Made by a program: the position numbers and the translations under genes. The notes below the pieces were generated by a model. That model was given only the letters and a program-made list of their open reading frames with translations. It was not told the origin of the DNA and ran no database searches. A DNA stretch of 64,000 nucleotides from an uncultured Planctomycetota bacterium. Lineage in GTDB: Bacteria; Planctomycetota; Planctomycetia; Gemmatales; Gemmataceae. Shown piece after piece: positions 42,961 to 56,520 of this stretch (position 1 is the stretch's first letter; the number at the start of each line of letters is the position of its first letter). Where the stretch lies: positions 320,001 through 384,000 of the forward strand of contig CAWKHF010000012.1 in the NCBI GenBank assembly GCA_963849325.1. The letters run 5' to 3'.

Positions 42961-43188
42961 ATGGACTACACGAAGTTGATTACGATTGAAGCGGACAAAC
43001 GAAGCGGGCAACCGTGCATCCGGGGATTGCGCCTGACCGTTCAGGATGTTCTGGAATACCTGGCCTCCGGGATGTCGGCGGAGGAGATCCTCGCCGACTT
43101 TCCGGACCTGACCGCGGAGGACATTCGGGCCTGTCTCGCGTTCGCCGCGGATCGTGAACGGCGGTTGCGCGTGATGCCGCCGGCATGA
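42961..43188 (+). CDS. DUF433 antitoxin
   Basis: SGQPCIRGLRLTV..LASGMSAEEILADFPDLTAEDIRACLAFA. Confidence 0.9.
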   Translation: MDYTKLITIEADKRSGQPCIRGLRLTVQDVLEYLASGMSAEEILADFPDLTAEDIRACLAFAADRERRLRVMPPA

Positions 43189-43517
43189 GACTCCTTTTTG
43201 ACGAGAACCTCTCGCCTCGGTTGGTCGGTCTGCTCGCCGTCGAGTTTCCCGGCTCCGAGCATGTCCGGAATGTGGGACTGGCTGCTGCTTCTGATCCGAC
43301 GATCTGGTCCTTTGCAGCCGCTCAGAATCTGGCCATCGTGTCGAAGGACAGCGATTTCCAGCATCGCGCCCTGTTGTTGGGACAGCCGCCCAAGGTGGTC
43401 TGGGTGCGCTTGGGGAACTGCTCGACGGCTGCCGTCGCCGCCCTGTTGCGTGTCCGACAGGGCGACCTGCTGGCCTTCGAGGCCGATCCGATCAGCTCGT
43501 TGTTGGCGTTGTCATAA
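43185..43517 (+). CDS. DUF5615 PIN-like toxin
   Basis: MRLLFDENLS, SD..IW, VSKDSDF, PPKVVWVRLGN; ATGA overlap with DUF433. Confidence 0.88.
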   Translation: MRLLFDENLSPRLVGLLAVEFPGSEHVRNVGLAAASDPTIWSFAAAQNLAIVSKDSDFQHRALLLGQPPKVVWVRLGNCSTAAVAALLRVRQGDLLAFEADPISSLLALS

Positions 43518-43634
43518 AGTTCCGCCGAACTAGAGCATTGGGAATCGCTTTTGCGCCGGCCCAGCAACCTGCTATAGTAGGACTGTTGATCGATAGCCGA
43601 TCTCTCCGCAGGCGACGGCCCCGAGGCGATAGCG

Positions 43635-46600
43635 ATGCCCCACGCCATGCCATCCAGCAAACGTCCGGTCCTGGATGGCACGATGCTCCGGCAACGACTG
43701 GCCGCCTTGCGGCGACGCATGCGGCTGGTGGCGACCGTCCGCGGAGCCGGCTTGCTGCTCACGGTCTGGCTGGCCACGGCCGCCGTCGCCGGACTGATCG
43801 ACTGGCGCTGGCACCTGCCGGCCCTGGTGCGGGCCGTCGTCCTCGTCGGCACTCTCGTCGGCGGTATTATCGTCGCCTATCGCTATCTCTTCCGTCCCCT
43901 GAGCGGTCCCAGCGACGATCTGAGCCTGGCCCTGCGCGTCGAGGAGGAGTACCCCGCGCTCAACGACGCCCTGGCCAGTACGGTGCAGTTCCTCGAACGC
44001 GGCACGGCTACGGAATCGTCCTCCGCCGCCCTGGAGCGCGAAGCGGTCAAACGCGCCCTCGCCCGTGCTTCCGGCTGCGATTTCGGCAAGGTTGTCAACC
44101 AGCGCGGACTGGTGTGGGCCGGCGTCTCGGGCGGCGTCTCCACGGTGTTCGCCCTGGTGCTGGTCCTGCTCGCGCCGACCCTGGCCATGACGGCCCTGCT
44201 GCGCCTCGCCAATCCGTTCGGCGAACACGATTGGCCGAAGAAGACGCAACTGGAGATCGAGCCGCCGCGCCTGCGCATCGGCCGCAACGAGGCGTTTGAG
44301 GTGCGCGGCCGGGTCCACGGCGTTATCCCGCCGCAGGCGACCATCGTCTTCCGCTTCGAGGGCTTCCCCAACCTCGAACATCACAGCGACATCAAGACCG
44401 ACGAATCCGGTGGCGGCCGTCTGGCCACACGCCTCGAAGCGGGCCGGGTGCAGCGCAACTTCCGCTTCCAGGTGCGGGCCAACGATGCCGTCAGCCCGGA
44501 ATATCACGTCGAGGTGCTGCCGCCGCCCACGCTCGTCGCGCTGGACAGCAAGCCCTCGCCGCAGCTGCAGCTTTCTTATCCCGCCTATACCGGCCTGCCG
44601 TCGCCGGACACGCTCTCGCCGGGCACCGGCAACATCGACGCGGTGGCCGGCACCGTCGCACGACTCCGCGCTCGCGCCGATCGGCCGCTGAAACAAGCCT
44701 GGATCGAGTATCAGCCGGAAGATCCCAGCGCCGTGCTGGCCGTGGACCTCGCTCCGCTGGGCGGAGCGGATGCTCTCACGACGGCCGCCCTGTACGCCGG
44801 CCGCGGGGCCTGGCCGCGCGTGGACGCCGTACTCGACGCGGATCGCTGTACCTTCACGCTCGACTTCACGCCGGCCATCAATGGCATGTACGCGCTGCAC
44901 TTCGAGGACGAGAGCGGCCTGCGCAATAGCCGCCTGTTCGAGCTGCGTCTGCACCCCGACCCGGCGCCGACGGTAGATCTCGAACGGCCCTCGCCGAGCC
45001 GCGACATCCTCAGCGTGCTGCCCACCGCCGAGTTGACGCTGGAAGTGCTGGCCGACGATCCGCAATATGCCGTTCGCTCGGTGTTCCTCGAATACCGCAC
45101 CCAGCACGACGAACAACCGCGGCGCCTGTACCTCTACGATCCCGCGACCGGGCCGGCGCCGCTGCTGTCGCCGTGGACCGGACCGGCGATGCTGGCCGCG
45201 CCGGCGATGCCGCTGCGGCCGCGGCGACTGGAGTTCCAGCGAAAGCTGCCCTTGCAGTCGCTCCGCCATGCCGACGGCAGCAGCCTCAAGGAAGACGACG
45301 TCGTCTTCCTCCGCGCCTGCGCCGATGACTTCGACGACGTCACGCGTCAACAAGGAACCCGGCCGCAGTCACGAGGTCGAAATCCGCATCGTCGGCCGCA
45401 ATGCGCTCGACCTCGCCCTCAACCAGGAGCAGGCCAACGTCCAGCAAGAGCTTCTGCGTCTGCGCGAGAAGGAACGCGAGGCGATCCAGAAAGTGACCGA
45501 GGTTGAGAACCGGCTCAAAAAGGGCGAGAAGCTCGGTGCCGAGGACCAGGAGAAATTGCTGCAAGCCGAGCAGACTTCAGCAGCAGATCCGCGAGCACGT
45601 CGGCGACGAAAAGGACGGTCTGCGCGGCGAATTGAAGCGCATCCTGGAGGCGCTCAAGCAAAACGGCATGGAGAAGACCGCCGTCCAGGAACGCATGACG
45701 CGACGTTTCCCGCGAGATGAACCGCCTGGCCGAAAATGAGCTGCAACAGATCGAGCCGCGCCTGACCAACGCCCGCAAGCTCGCCGAGCTGCTGGAAGAG
45801 AAGGCCCGCGAGGAACGCAAGGCCCAGCTCGAAGCGCGGGCCAAGGAGGCCGAGCAGGAAGCGCGGGCGTCCGAGGAGGCGGCCGACAAGAAAGAACGCG
45901 AGGCCGCCAAGGCCGAGAAGAAGGCCGAGCAGAGCACCAGCGCCGCCGACAAGGTGCGCCATCGCCAGGAAGCCAAACGACAGCGCGAACGGGCCGAGGA
46001 ACTGCGCCAGCAGGCCCGCGAGCGGCGACAGCAGGCCGAGCGCGACCGCCGCGACGCCGACCAGACGCCGGATCCGACTCAGCCGCGCAGGGCACTCGCC
46101 GAGGCCCGCAAGGCGCAAGAGGAAGTCGAAAAGACCCTCAACGACCTGCTCACGCGCCGCCTGGAGCCGTGGGCCAGTTCCCACGAGATCAAGGGCGAGG
46201 CCAACCGTCTGCTGGCAGGAGCAGAAACGCTTGCAGGCCGAGCTGGAAAACAGCAGGAACAGGAAGACGAGGACTTCTCCGGCAAGAAACTGGAAGAGTT
46301 GAACCCGCGACAGCGGGCCGAGCTGGAGAACCTCAGGGAAGCTCAGCAGAAGTTGGAGGAACGCACCCGGCAACTGCTGGACAAGATGGACCGTGTCGCC
46401 AAGGAGCGCGAGGAGAAGGATCCGGAGACCGCCCGCGAGCTGCGCGATGCCCTCGAGCAGGCCCAGCAGGACAACATCGGCGACAAGATGAAGGAGGCCC
46501 GCGAGCAGATCGAGCAGAACAATCTGAACGGTGCCCAGGACAGCCAGAAGGAGAGCATCCGGGACCTGAAAAAGCTGGTCAAGAACCTCGAAGACCGCCG

Positions 46601-47719
46601 CGAGGCCGAGCTGGATCGGCTGGCCAAGAAGCTGCGCGAGAAGGAGAAGGAGTTGGCCGAACTCATCAAGGAGCAGGAGGAACTGCAGAAAAAGGTCAAG
46701 GAGGCCGGCAAGATCGGCGATAAGGCCGAGCGGGAGGAGGAACTGAAACGGCTGGCCGGCAAGCAGAAGGAATTGAAGAAGAAAACGGAAGACATGGTGC
46801 GGCAGTTGACGCGCATGCGTGCCTCGCGGGCCGGCCAGACGCTGACCAAAGCCGGCGAGCAGATGGAAGGTGCCCACCAGCAGATGACGGACGGACAGCA
46901 GGGCGAGGACGAACAAGAGGAAGCACTCGACCGGCTCAACGAGGCAAAGAGAGAGCTGGAACGTGCCCGCAAGGAAGCCGAGGAAGAACTGGGCCGCGAA
47001 CAACTTGGCCGTCTCGCCGACCTCATCAAGCGCGTGAAGGAACGTCAGGAAGCCCTCAACGCCGAGACCCGCGCCTTCAGGATGACCTGCAGCGAACGGC
47101 TAGGTGGACGCGCGGGATGAAAGGGAGTTTATCGGCCAACAGCCGGGCGCAGAAGGCGCTGGGTGCGGAGACAGAGGAGGTCGCATCCAAGCGGTTGACC
47201 GGCGCCCCGGTGTTCGCTCGTCTCGTGCGCCGCGCCGCCGAGGCCATGACCGATGCCAGCCAGCGGATGGATGACATCTTTCAGGAAGTAAAGGGAGAGG
47301 AGTCCGACCCCAAGAAGTTGCCCGACGCGGAACTCGGCCGCCAGCAGCAACTCGCTCTCCGCCGTCTCAACCAGGTGGTCGATGCGCTCAAGGAAGCCGC
47401 CGAGAAAATGCAGCAGGCCAAAGGCGGCGGCGGCAGAAGTGGCGGCGAGGGAGGCGGGAGCGGGGGCGGAGGAAGCGGCGCTCCCGGCGACAGCATTCCG
47501 CCGCTGGCCCAGCTGAAGCTGCTGCGCGATCTGCAGAAGGACATCAACCAGCGCACCGAGGCGTTCAAGAAACAGCACCCGGACCTGAAAAAACTCGAAG
47601 ACAAGGACAAGGCCGAACTGCAAGCGATCCGCAAGGATCAGCAGGATGTGGCCGAGTTGATCGACGAACTGAACCGCCCCGCCGGGGAGCCGGGCGCCGC
47701 GGAAGGAGAGAAGAAATGA
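43635..47719 (+). CDS. Very large membrane-anchored coiled-coil protein (DUF4175-like), frameshifted
   Basis: N-terminal TMs, YPAYTG motif, long Q/E/K-rich coiled coil, QLKLLRDLQKDINQRT. Confidence 0.75.
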
Positions 47720-48689
47720 CGAAGCGTTTGCTGCCCGTGCTGCTCGCCGGCTTGGTCTGCCTCGCCGGAATGGTCCTGGCCGATGAACCCGCCGGGCCGG
47801 ACGAACCGCCGGTGCGACTCAAAAAGAAGAAACCGCGCGGCGAGGACAAGCCGAAGACCGAGCCAAACAAGCCCGACGAGAAGAAAAAGGACGACAACAA
47901 GAAGGAACAACCCAAGGCGGAACCCCGCGAGGCGGAACCGGTGACGCCGCAGGAGGAAGACAAGGAAGTCTTGCAGCGGGTCGTCAAGAACGCTCAAACC
48001 GTCGAGGATCGATTGGCGAAGAACGACCTCGGCGAAGGCACCCTGCAGACGCAGCGCGACATGCTCAAGGACATCGAATCGCTCATCCACCGGAGCGAGA
48101 ACCCTCCTCCGCAGAGCGGCGGACAGCAGGAGCCGAATAACGGCGGAGGCGGAGGTGATGACCAGGAGCCGATGGACAACAAGGACCAGCAAGCCGGGGA
48201 GGAGGCGGTCAACAGCCCAAGAATCAGCAGGGCGTTGGGCGCAGGCCACAGCCGCGGAGGGGCACGGGCAACAGCGGAAAGACTCGTGGTCAACAGAGCC
48301 AGGGCCGCTCCGGCAGCGGAAAGGCCGAGACTCGTCCGGGTAAGGACGAGAAGCCCGGCGGCCAGCAAGGCGGCAAGAAACCCGGTGGTCCCCAACCCGG
48401 CGGCGACAAGCCCGGTGAGAAAGGCGACTCCGGCCAGGGCGACGGCGGCAAGAAGCCGGGTGGCCGCAACGGCAAGGGCGGCAACGGCGGCGGAGGCGGC
48501 GACCGCGACGACCACGTCCGCAACCGCAACGCCGACCTGTACAAGGACGTCTGGGGCCATCTGCCCGAAACGCTCCGCGCCCGGATGGACGCCTACTCGA
48601 ACCCGCAACCGTTCCTGCCGAAGTATGATGATCTGATCAAGCGTTATTATCGCACCATCGCCGAGCAGGGCCGCCGTAAGGGAGAGTGA
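47716..48689 (+). CDS. Secreted low-complexity protein with C-terminal WGHLP...YY motif, frameshifted
   Basis: Signal peptide, G/Q-rich linker, VWGHLPETLR..LIKRYYRTIA. Confidence 0.7.
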
Positions 48690-48691
48690 AG

Positions 48692-49809
48692 ATGTGGACG
48701 CGCCGTCAGTTTTTGTCGCGCGGCGGACTGGCCGCCCTGGGCACGGCCGGCACCTGTTTCGCCCTGCCCGGCGACGACCGCGACGCCGGCGACGGCCGCG
48801 AGGCCGTGCCGGACGGCTCGGCCTCCAAGGGCATGATTACGCCCAAGACCGATGAGGCCATCGACCGCGGCCTGGCCTTCCTCAATGCGCACGCCAACCG
48901 CGAAGGTTACTTCGGCACCGGCGGCTACACCGGCAATGTGGCCGTGACGAGTCTGGCGGCGATGGCCTTCATGGCCGCCGGCAACCTGCCCAACCGCGGC
49001 CCCTACGGCCGCCTCGTCACCAACGCCCTGAAGTTCGTCCTGCTCCAGGAAAACCGCGACCGCTCCCACCCCGGCTTTCTGCACAACCCCAGCGCCTCGC
49101 CGCACGGCCCGATGTACGGCCACGGCTTCGCCACTCTGTTTCTGGCCGAGGCGTCCGGCATGGTCCACGACAAGGCCCTGCGCGAGGACGTCAACAAGAA
49201 ACTGCACGCGGCCGTCAAGCTGATCCTCGACAGCCAGAACTTCGAGGGCGGCTGGCGTTACATGCCGGGAAGCAAGGACGCCGACCTGTCGGTGACAATT
49301 TGTCAGATCATGGCCTTGCGCGCTGCTCGCAACGCCGGCATCGCCGTGCCGCGTTCCAAGGTCGATAAGTGCGTCGAGTACGTCAAGGGCTGCCAGGACC
49401 GTCGCGAGGGCTGGTTCCGCTACATGAAGCAGGGCGGCGGAGGCGGCGGCGCCCAGGGTTTCGCTCGCACCGCCGCCGGCGTCTGCGCCCTGTACAGCGC
49501 CGGCATCTACAAGGGGCGAGGAGATCGAAGGCGGGCCTGGATTTCCTGCGCCGTTCGCGGCCGATGATCGGCGGTTTCGGCCGGCCCGACATGCACTATT
49601 TCTACGGCCATTACTACGCCGTGCAGGCCATGTGGACGGCCGGCGGACGCTACTGGTCCGAGTGGTATCCCGCCATCCGCGACGAGCTGCTCAGCCGGCA
49701 GGGGCTGGACGGTTCGTGGATGGACCAGATTTGCAGCCACTACGCCACGGCCATGGCCTGCATCATCTTGCAAGTGCCCAACAACTATTTGCCGATCTTG
49801 CAGAAGTAA
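48692..49809 (+). CDS. Prenyltransferase/squalene oxidase repeat protein (Tat-like signal), frameshifted
   Basis: RRQFL, MYGHGFATLFL, GGWRY..DADLSVT, YFYGHYYA, LPILQK. Confidence 0.85.
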
Positions 49810-49897
49810 CGAGGGGCTTTCAGGGAAGGAGGGGCGTCCCGCCCGAGGACGCCACGGGTCCAAGGGAACGGACGGTATTGCTCGGGGGAGGATACCC

Positions 49898-50242
49898 GTG
49901 GCGAACCCCGCTGGCTCCCCTGTTCCCCATCTGACCCCGGGACCGCCGCGGCAAATGCTCGACGAGGCGATTCAGCAAGTCAAGCAGTTGCCGAGTGACG
50001 CCGCGCAGCGGGCCGATGCCTTTGAAGCTCTCGCCGGGCAGATCGCGCGGCATTCGGGAGGCGCGTGGGATGCCGCTCGTGGCCTCGGCACCGATGGCTC
50101 TATCATCTTCCTGGGCCGGCAAGGCGAAGGACTCGTGGTCAGGCCCGATGAGCAGATCTTTCGAGGAGCGCTGGGCAGAGGTATTGACGTAACGCCGGAC
50201 GGGTTGCTTCCCAACTTCCATCTACTGAAACCCCTCGATTAA
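49898..50242 (+). CDS. Hypothetical protein
   Basis: SD GGAGG before GTG, clean ORF. Confidence 0.55.
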   Translation: MANPAGSPVPHLTPGPPRQMLDEAIQQVKQLPSDAAQRADAFEALAGQIARHSGGAWDAARGLGTDGSIIFLGRQGEGLVVRPDEQIFRGALGRGIDVTPDGLLPNFHLLKPLD

Positions 50243-50255
50243 CTCGGAGGCAACG

Positions 50256-50519
50256 ATGACCAAACAAGGCACTCTTGTTCATGCTGAGGAAGCGTTTCGA
50301 TTTATTGAACAAATAGACGATCCGGTAACCAGATGTTTGACCAACATGACTTTGGTGCATCTGGTGAAGAAAGTCCACTTCGACCGGCGTGACCTGCCGT
50401 GCTCGGATGTCGATATGTTGTTTTTGGCAACCGCTCTCAAGGACTTTTTTGCCGAACACGACGTACTCGCCCGCACACTCGCCGGAGAAAAGGTCGGCGC
50501 CTGGTTCGACGAGGCGTAA
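50256..50519 (+). CDS. Hypothetical protein
   Basis: SD GGAGG; AT-richer than the host genes. Confidence 0.55.
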   Translation: MTKQGTLVHAEEAFRFIEQIDDPVTRCLTNMTLVHLVKKVHFDRRDLPCSDVDMLFLATALKDFFAEHDVLARTLAGEKVGAWFDEA

Positions 50520-50547
50520 CGGTAGAGGAGACGTCGGCCGGTCGCCC

Positions 50548-52624
<2,077 letters not shown>

Positions 52625-52967
52625 AGTTTGCCCAGTTCGTGCCGAGACGGAAGCGAAACGATTGCCTGTCCGAACATGATCGATTCCATGATGCCAGCGG
52701 CGTATCAGGGTGTAAGCGACGACCCGTTCCTACCGAGTTGTTATCGGAAATCGGGACCGTATTCCGCCTCCCAGGCGACGACTTTCTTGCCAACGGCGCA
52801 CCCGCCTAGTTGGGATACTTAGCAAATTGAGTTCCGAGAATGAGCGAATGGTGGGAGACCTCTTAAGGCCGTGAGGTGCGATCGCGCAGCTCATATGGAA
52901 GAAAGGAACGCGAATTGCGACAGGAAGAAAGGCGCCCGCCCTATGACCTTCCCGAAAAGGAGAAAGT

Positions 52968-53171
52968 ATGAATTGGGACTATCTCAAGGGAAACTGGAAG
53001 CAGATGACCGGCAAGGTCAAACAGAAATGGGGCAAGCTGACCGACGACGACCTCACCGTCGTCGCCGGTAAGCGCGATGAACTCCTGGGTAAGATCCAGG
53101 AGCGTTACGGTCTGGGCAAAGACGAGGCGGAGAAGCAACTCGATGAGTTCACGCGCTCTCTGAGTTCGTAA
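52968..53171 (+). CDS. csbD: CsbD family stress protein
   Basis: GNWKQMTGKVKQKWGKLTDDD..LLGKIQERYG. Confidence 0.92.
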   Translation: MNWDYLKGNWKQMTGKVKQKWGKLTDDDLTVVAGKRDELLGKIQERYGLGKDEAEKQLDEFTRSLSS

Positions 53172-53186
53172 CGGCGGAAGCTTTGG

Positions 53187-53271
53187 CGAGCGGCCCCAAC
53201 CGAGCCGCGACCGTTAGAGAGCGGGAGAAAGCACCGCTCTCTAACGGTCGCGGCTCGGTTGGGGCCGCTCG
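53187..53271. repeat. REP-like perfect palindrome (38-bp arms) between convergent genes
   Basis: CCGAGCCGCGACCGTTAG core; related copy at 61617-61670. Confidence 0.85.
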
Positions 53272-53274
53272 TCC

Positions 53275-54869
53275 TTACTCCGAGGCGAACAACTGATAAT
53301 CCAGCTTGGGGAACAACGCATCCATGTATTCCAGCGCCTGCAAGCGTGCCGGATCGATCTCCCGGCGATCGAGGCGGGACAGCAGGTCGTGGAAGCGGTG
53401 CATGTGGTCGTGGAAGCGGCGGCGGGCGTACTGCTCGGTGGTGCCGTTGGTGATGATGAAGGGCCAGTCGGAGGCCTGGGCGAGCATCAATTCGCGGCCG
53501 GCCTGTCGCAGCGCGCGGTCCTCCAGGCTTCCCAGCGATGGGCAGGGATGTGCCCGCACCGTCTGCCGCATCCGCGCCGCCGCCTCGTGCAGCGGCCGCC
53601 ACATCCATTCGGTCTTCGGGATTGACCCAGTGCTCGCTGTAGCCGTTGCGGCCCCAGCTGCTCGCCGCCGGCATGCCGCGCTGCTGCACCGGATAGGCGG
53701 CCAGGTAGTCGCCCGGCGTGGACAGCTCCAGGTCGCCGCCGCTGCGACAGCTCGCGCAGGACGTGGTAGATCCACTGCGGTCCCTCGAACCACCAGTGGC
53801 CGAACAGCTCCGCGTCGTAGGGCGAGACGATGGTGCAGGGGAACGGCATGCCGCCGCCGGCGCGGCGGGCCTGCTCGCGGCAGCGGTTGGCGAAGTCGTG
53901 GGCGTGCCGCACCGCGGCCTCGCGCGCCCCAATCCGGATTATACAGAGCTTTATGGTCCGTCTTGCCGGTGATGCGATGATACTTGATGCCCGTGTTCTG
54001 ACGGACGCCCTCGGCGTACTGGTACGGTTCGAGATAGTCCGCGTCCAGGTCGAAGCCGATGTCGCGGTAGTATTCGCGGTAGTTGGGATCGGCGGGGTAG
54101 CCGACGCTGGTACTCCAGACCAGTTTGGAGGTCATCGGATGCCGGCCGAAGGCGGCCACGCCGGAGGGACAGTAGACGCGGGGCGTGAACGCCGAACAGC
54201 GGCGCCGGCTCGGCGTGCTCGATGCCGTGGCCGTCCACCAGGAAATAGCGGATGCCGGCCTCGGCCAGCACCTCATCCAGGCCCGGATAGAAGGCGCATT
54301 CCGGCACCCACATGCCCTTGGGCTTGCTGCCGAAGATGCGCGCGTGCTCGTCCACGGCGGTGAAGACCTGGGCGCGCACCGTACCCGGCTCGGAACTTGA
54401 GCAGCGGCAGATAGCCGTGCGTGCCGGCGCAGGTGATCAGCTCCAGGTTGCCCGACTCGGCGTACTGCTGGAAGGCCGTCACCAGGCGCGTGCCGCAGCG
54501 CTCCACGAAGGTCGTCCGCGCCTCCTCGAACAGCCGGCGATACATCCGGGCCAGCGGATTGACGTCCGGCCAATCCTTGGTCCGCTCGCACTCCTTCTCG
54601 GCCAGGCTCAGCGACAGATCGAGGTGGCGCACGCAGCGCTGACGCAGCAGCGGATCTTCCATCATGTTCGCCAGCGTCGGCGAGATGGACAGCGTCAGCT
54701 TGAACGGGACGCCCTCGGCCTGCAGGCGGTCGAAGAACTTGATGAGCGGGATGTAGGTCTCGGTGACCGCCTCGAAGAACCAGCGTTCTTCCAGGAAGCG
54801 GTCGTACTCGGGATGGCGGACGTAGGGCAGATGGGCGTGCAGAACCAGCAGCAAATATCCCTTCGGCAT
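53275..54869 (-). CDS. GH57 1,4-alpha-glucan branching enzyme (DUF1957), frameshifted
   Basis: LVLHAHLPYVRHPE, ETYIPL, GMWVPEC, YREYYRD, PYDAELFGHWWFEG, ELMLAQASDWPFI. Confidence 0.92.
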
Positions 54870-54890
54870 GATGATCCTCAAAGAAGAGAA

Positions 54891-55025
54891 CACCACGGAA
54901 AACACGGAACACACGGAAAAAAAGAGAAGGGGATGAGAGAGTATCCGCTTATGGGCGACGAAAGCGATTCTTCTGTCTTCTTATCTCTTTTGTCTTTTTC
55001 CGTGTTTTCCGTGTTTTCCGTGGTG
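54891..55025. repeat. MITE/REP-like element with (CACGGAAAA)-type terminal inverted triplets, copy 2
   Basis: CACCACGGAAAACACGGAACACACGGAAAA ... TTCCGTGTTTTCCGTGTTTTCCGTGGTG. Confidence 0.75.
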
Positions 55026-55033
55026 AATGTATG

Positions 55034-56477
55034 TTATCCTTTTACGGCGACGCCCATCAATTCTTCGATCTGCTCGGCGACGTTGTTCCAGCCGAAGCGT
55101 TCCTCCAGCTTGTCGCGGCCTTTCTGTCCGAGGGTTGCGCCCAGGTTCGGCGTCGTACAGGATGCGTTCGATGCCCCAGACGAAGCTCTGCTCGACGGGG
55201 TAGACGAGCACGCTGTCGCGTTCGTGTTCGAGCAGTCCCGGGGCGGCCTGGTGCGTGGCGACCACGGGACGGCGAGCGGCCCAGCCGGCCTGGATCGGCC
55301 ACCACGGCGTCGATTCGCGGCTCGGCACCGCGAGGATGTCGGCGGCCTGCGATCAATTCGTGCAGCGCCTGATCGACGACGCTGCCGGGAAAGCGGATGG
55401 CGTGGTCCAGCAGCAGGTAGCGCGCGTACACGCGCAGCGTCCAGTACAGCGGGCCGTCGCCGACGAGGATGAGACGCGCCTGTGGATGGTTCTTGAGGAT
55501 CGGCCGGCATGGCCTTGACGAGCAGGTCCGGGCCGTAGCGCTCGCTCAGGTCGCCGACGTAGAGGATGGTGGGATCGATCGGGCCGACCTGGTAGCGGGC
55601 CTTGACCTGGCCGGGATCGAGTCTTGCTGTTGAACTGCGGCGACGGGGAACGGCTGGCGAGCGGCGACGAGACGTGCGGCGCAATCGGGCACCCAGAAGC
55701 TGGCCGCCTCGGAGGCGGCTGGCTGCTGGCTGAGAACCACCTGCGACTCGCGCAGGGTCGTCTGCTCCAGCTCGTCGATGCGCTTGCTGATCTCCGCGGT
55801 CATGTCGCTGCGCTGGCGCTCCAGCGAATTGAACGAGAAGATCGTGCGGTTGTTCTTGAGGCCGCGCAGCAGGCCAAGCGGGCCGGCGCCGGACCACTCG
55901 TAACCCATGAGGGTGACGTGCGGACTGCCGCCGGGGAACTCGTGCAGGAAGGCGTTGGCCGCCCGGCTGGTGAACTCCTGCACCTGCTCGAACAGGTCCG
56001 TCGCCCTCGCACGTCGCCGACCGCGATGCTCGTGGACGGCCGGGGAGGTTCGAGCCCGAAGGGTTGGCGCGAAAACAGATGGACGACCGTCTGTCGCCGG
56101 GCCAGGGCGGCGACCGTGTGGGCCACGGACTGGCCGAACGGGCGTGTCCGGGTTTTCCCAGCAGAACACCGCCAGCGCCGGGCGAGAATCGTCCGCCGAC
56201 TTCACGGCGGGAGGTTGATCCGCGACGAGGGAGAGGATCCTCGTCATCCGCATTCTCCCGTTTCCGCTGCTTGCCGCGGCGGCGTTCGCCGGGACCGTTC
56301 GCCGTCGCGTGTCCGTTCGGGGTGTCGGCCCTTCTCCGTGGCGTAGACCTTTTCGGTGGCGTGCCCGTTCTCCGTCGCCTTGTCGTTACCCGGCATGTGG
56401 CCGTTCTCCTTGGCCTCGACGCTGTCGCCGGGGGAGGGGGCCGCGTCTCCGTTTCGGCTCAGGGCAGTGGTACTCAT
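55034..56477 (-). CDS. GT4-like glycosyltransferase with degenerate motifs, frameshifted
   Basis: DPGQVKARYQVGPIDPTILYVG, VPSRE, FGWNNVAEQIEELM; paralogous to the 58442-59607 gene. Confidence 0.75.
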
Positions 56478-56520
56478 CAAGCGATCTCCTCTCCCGGCCA
56501 GGCGGCCGATCGTTGCAGCT

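Noticed and set aside
45654-47003. Long antisense ORFs (also 39762-41333 and 43572-45353)
   Set aside because: Shadow ORFs produced by high-GC codon bias of the sense genes
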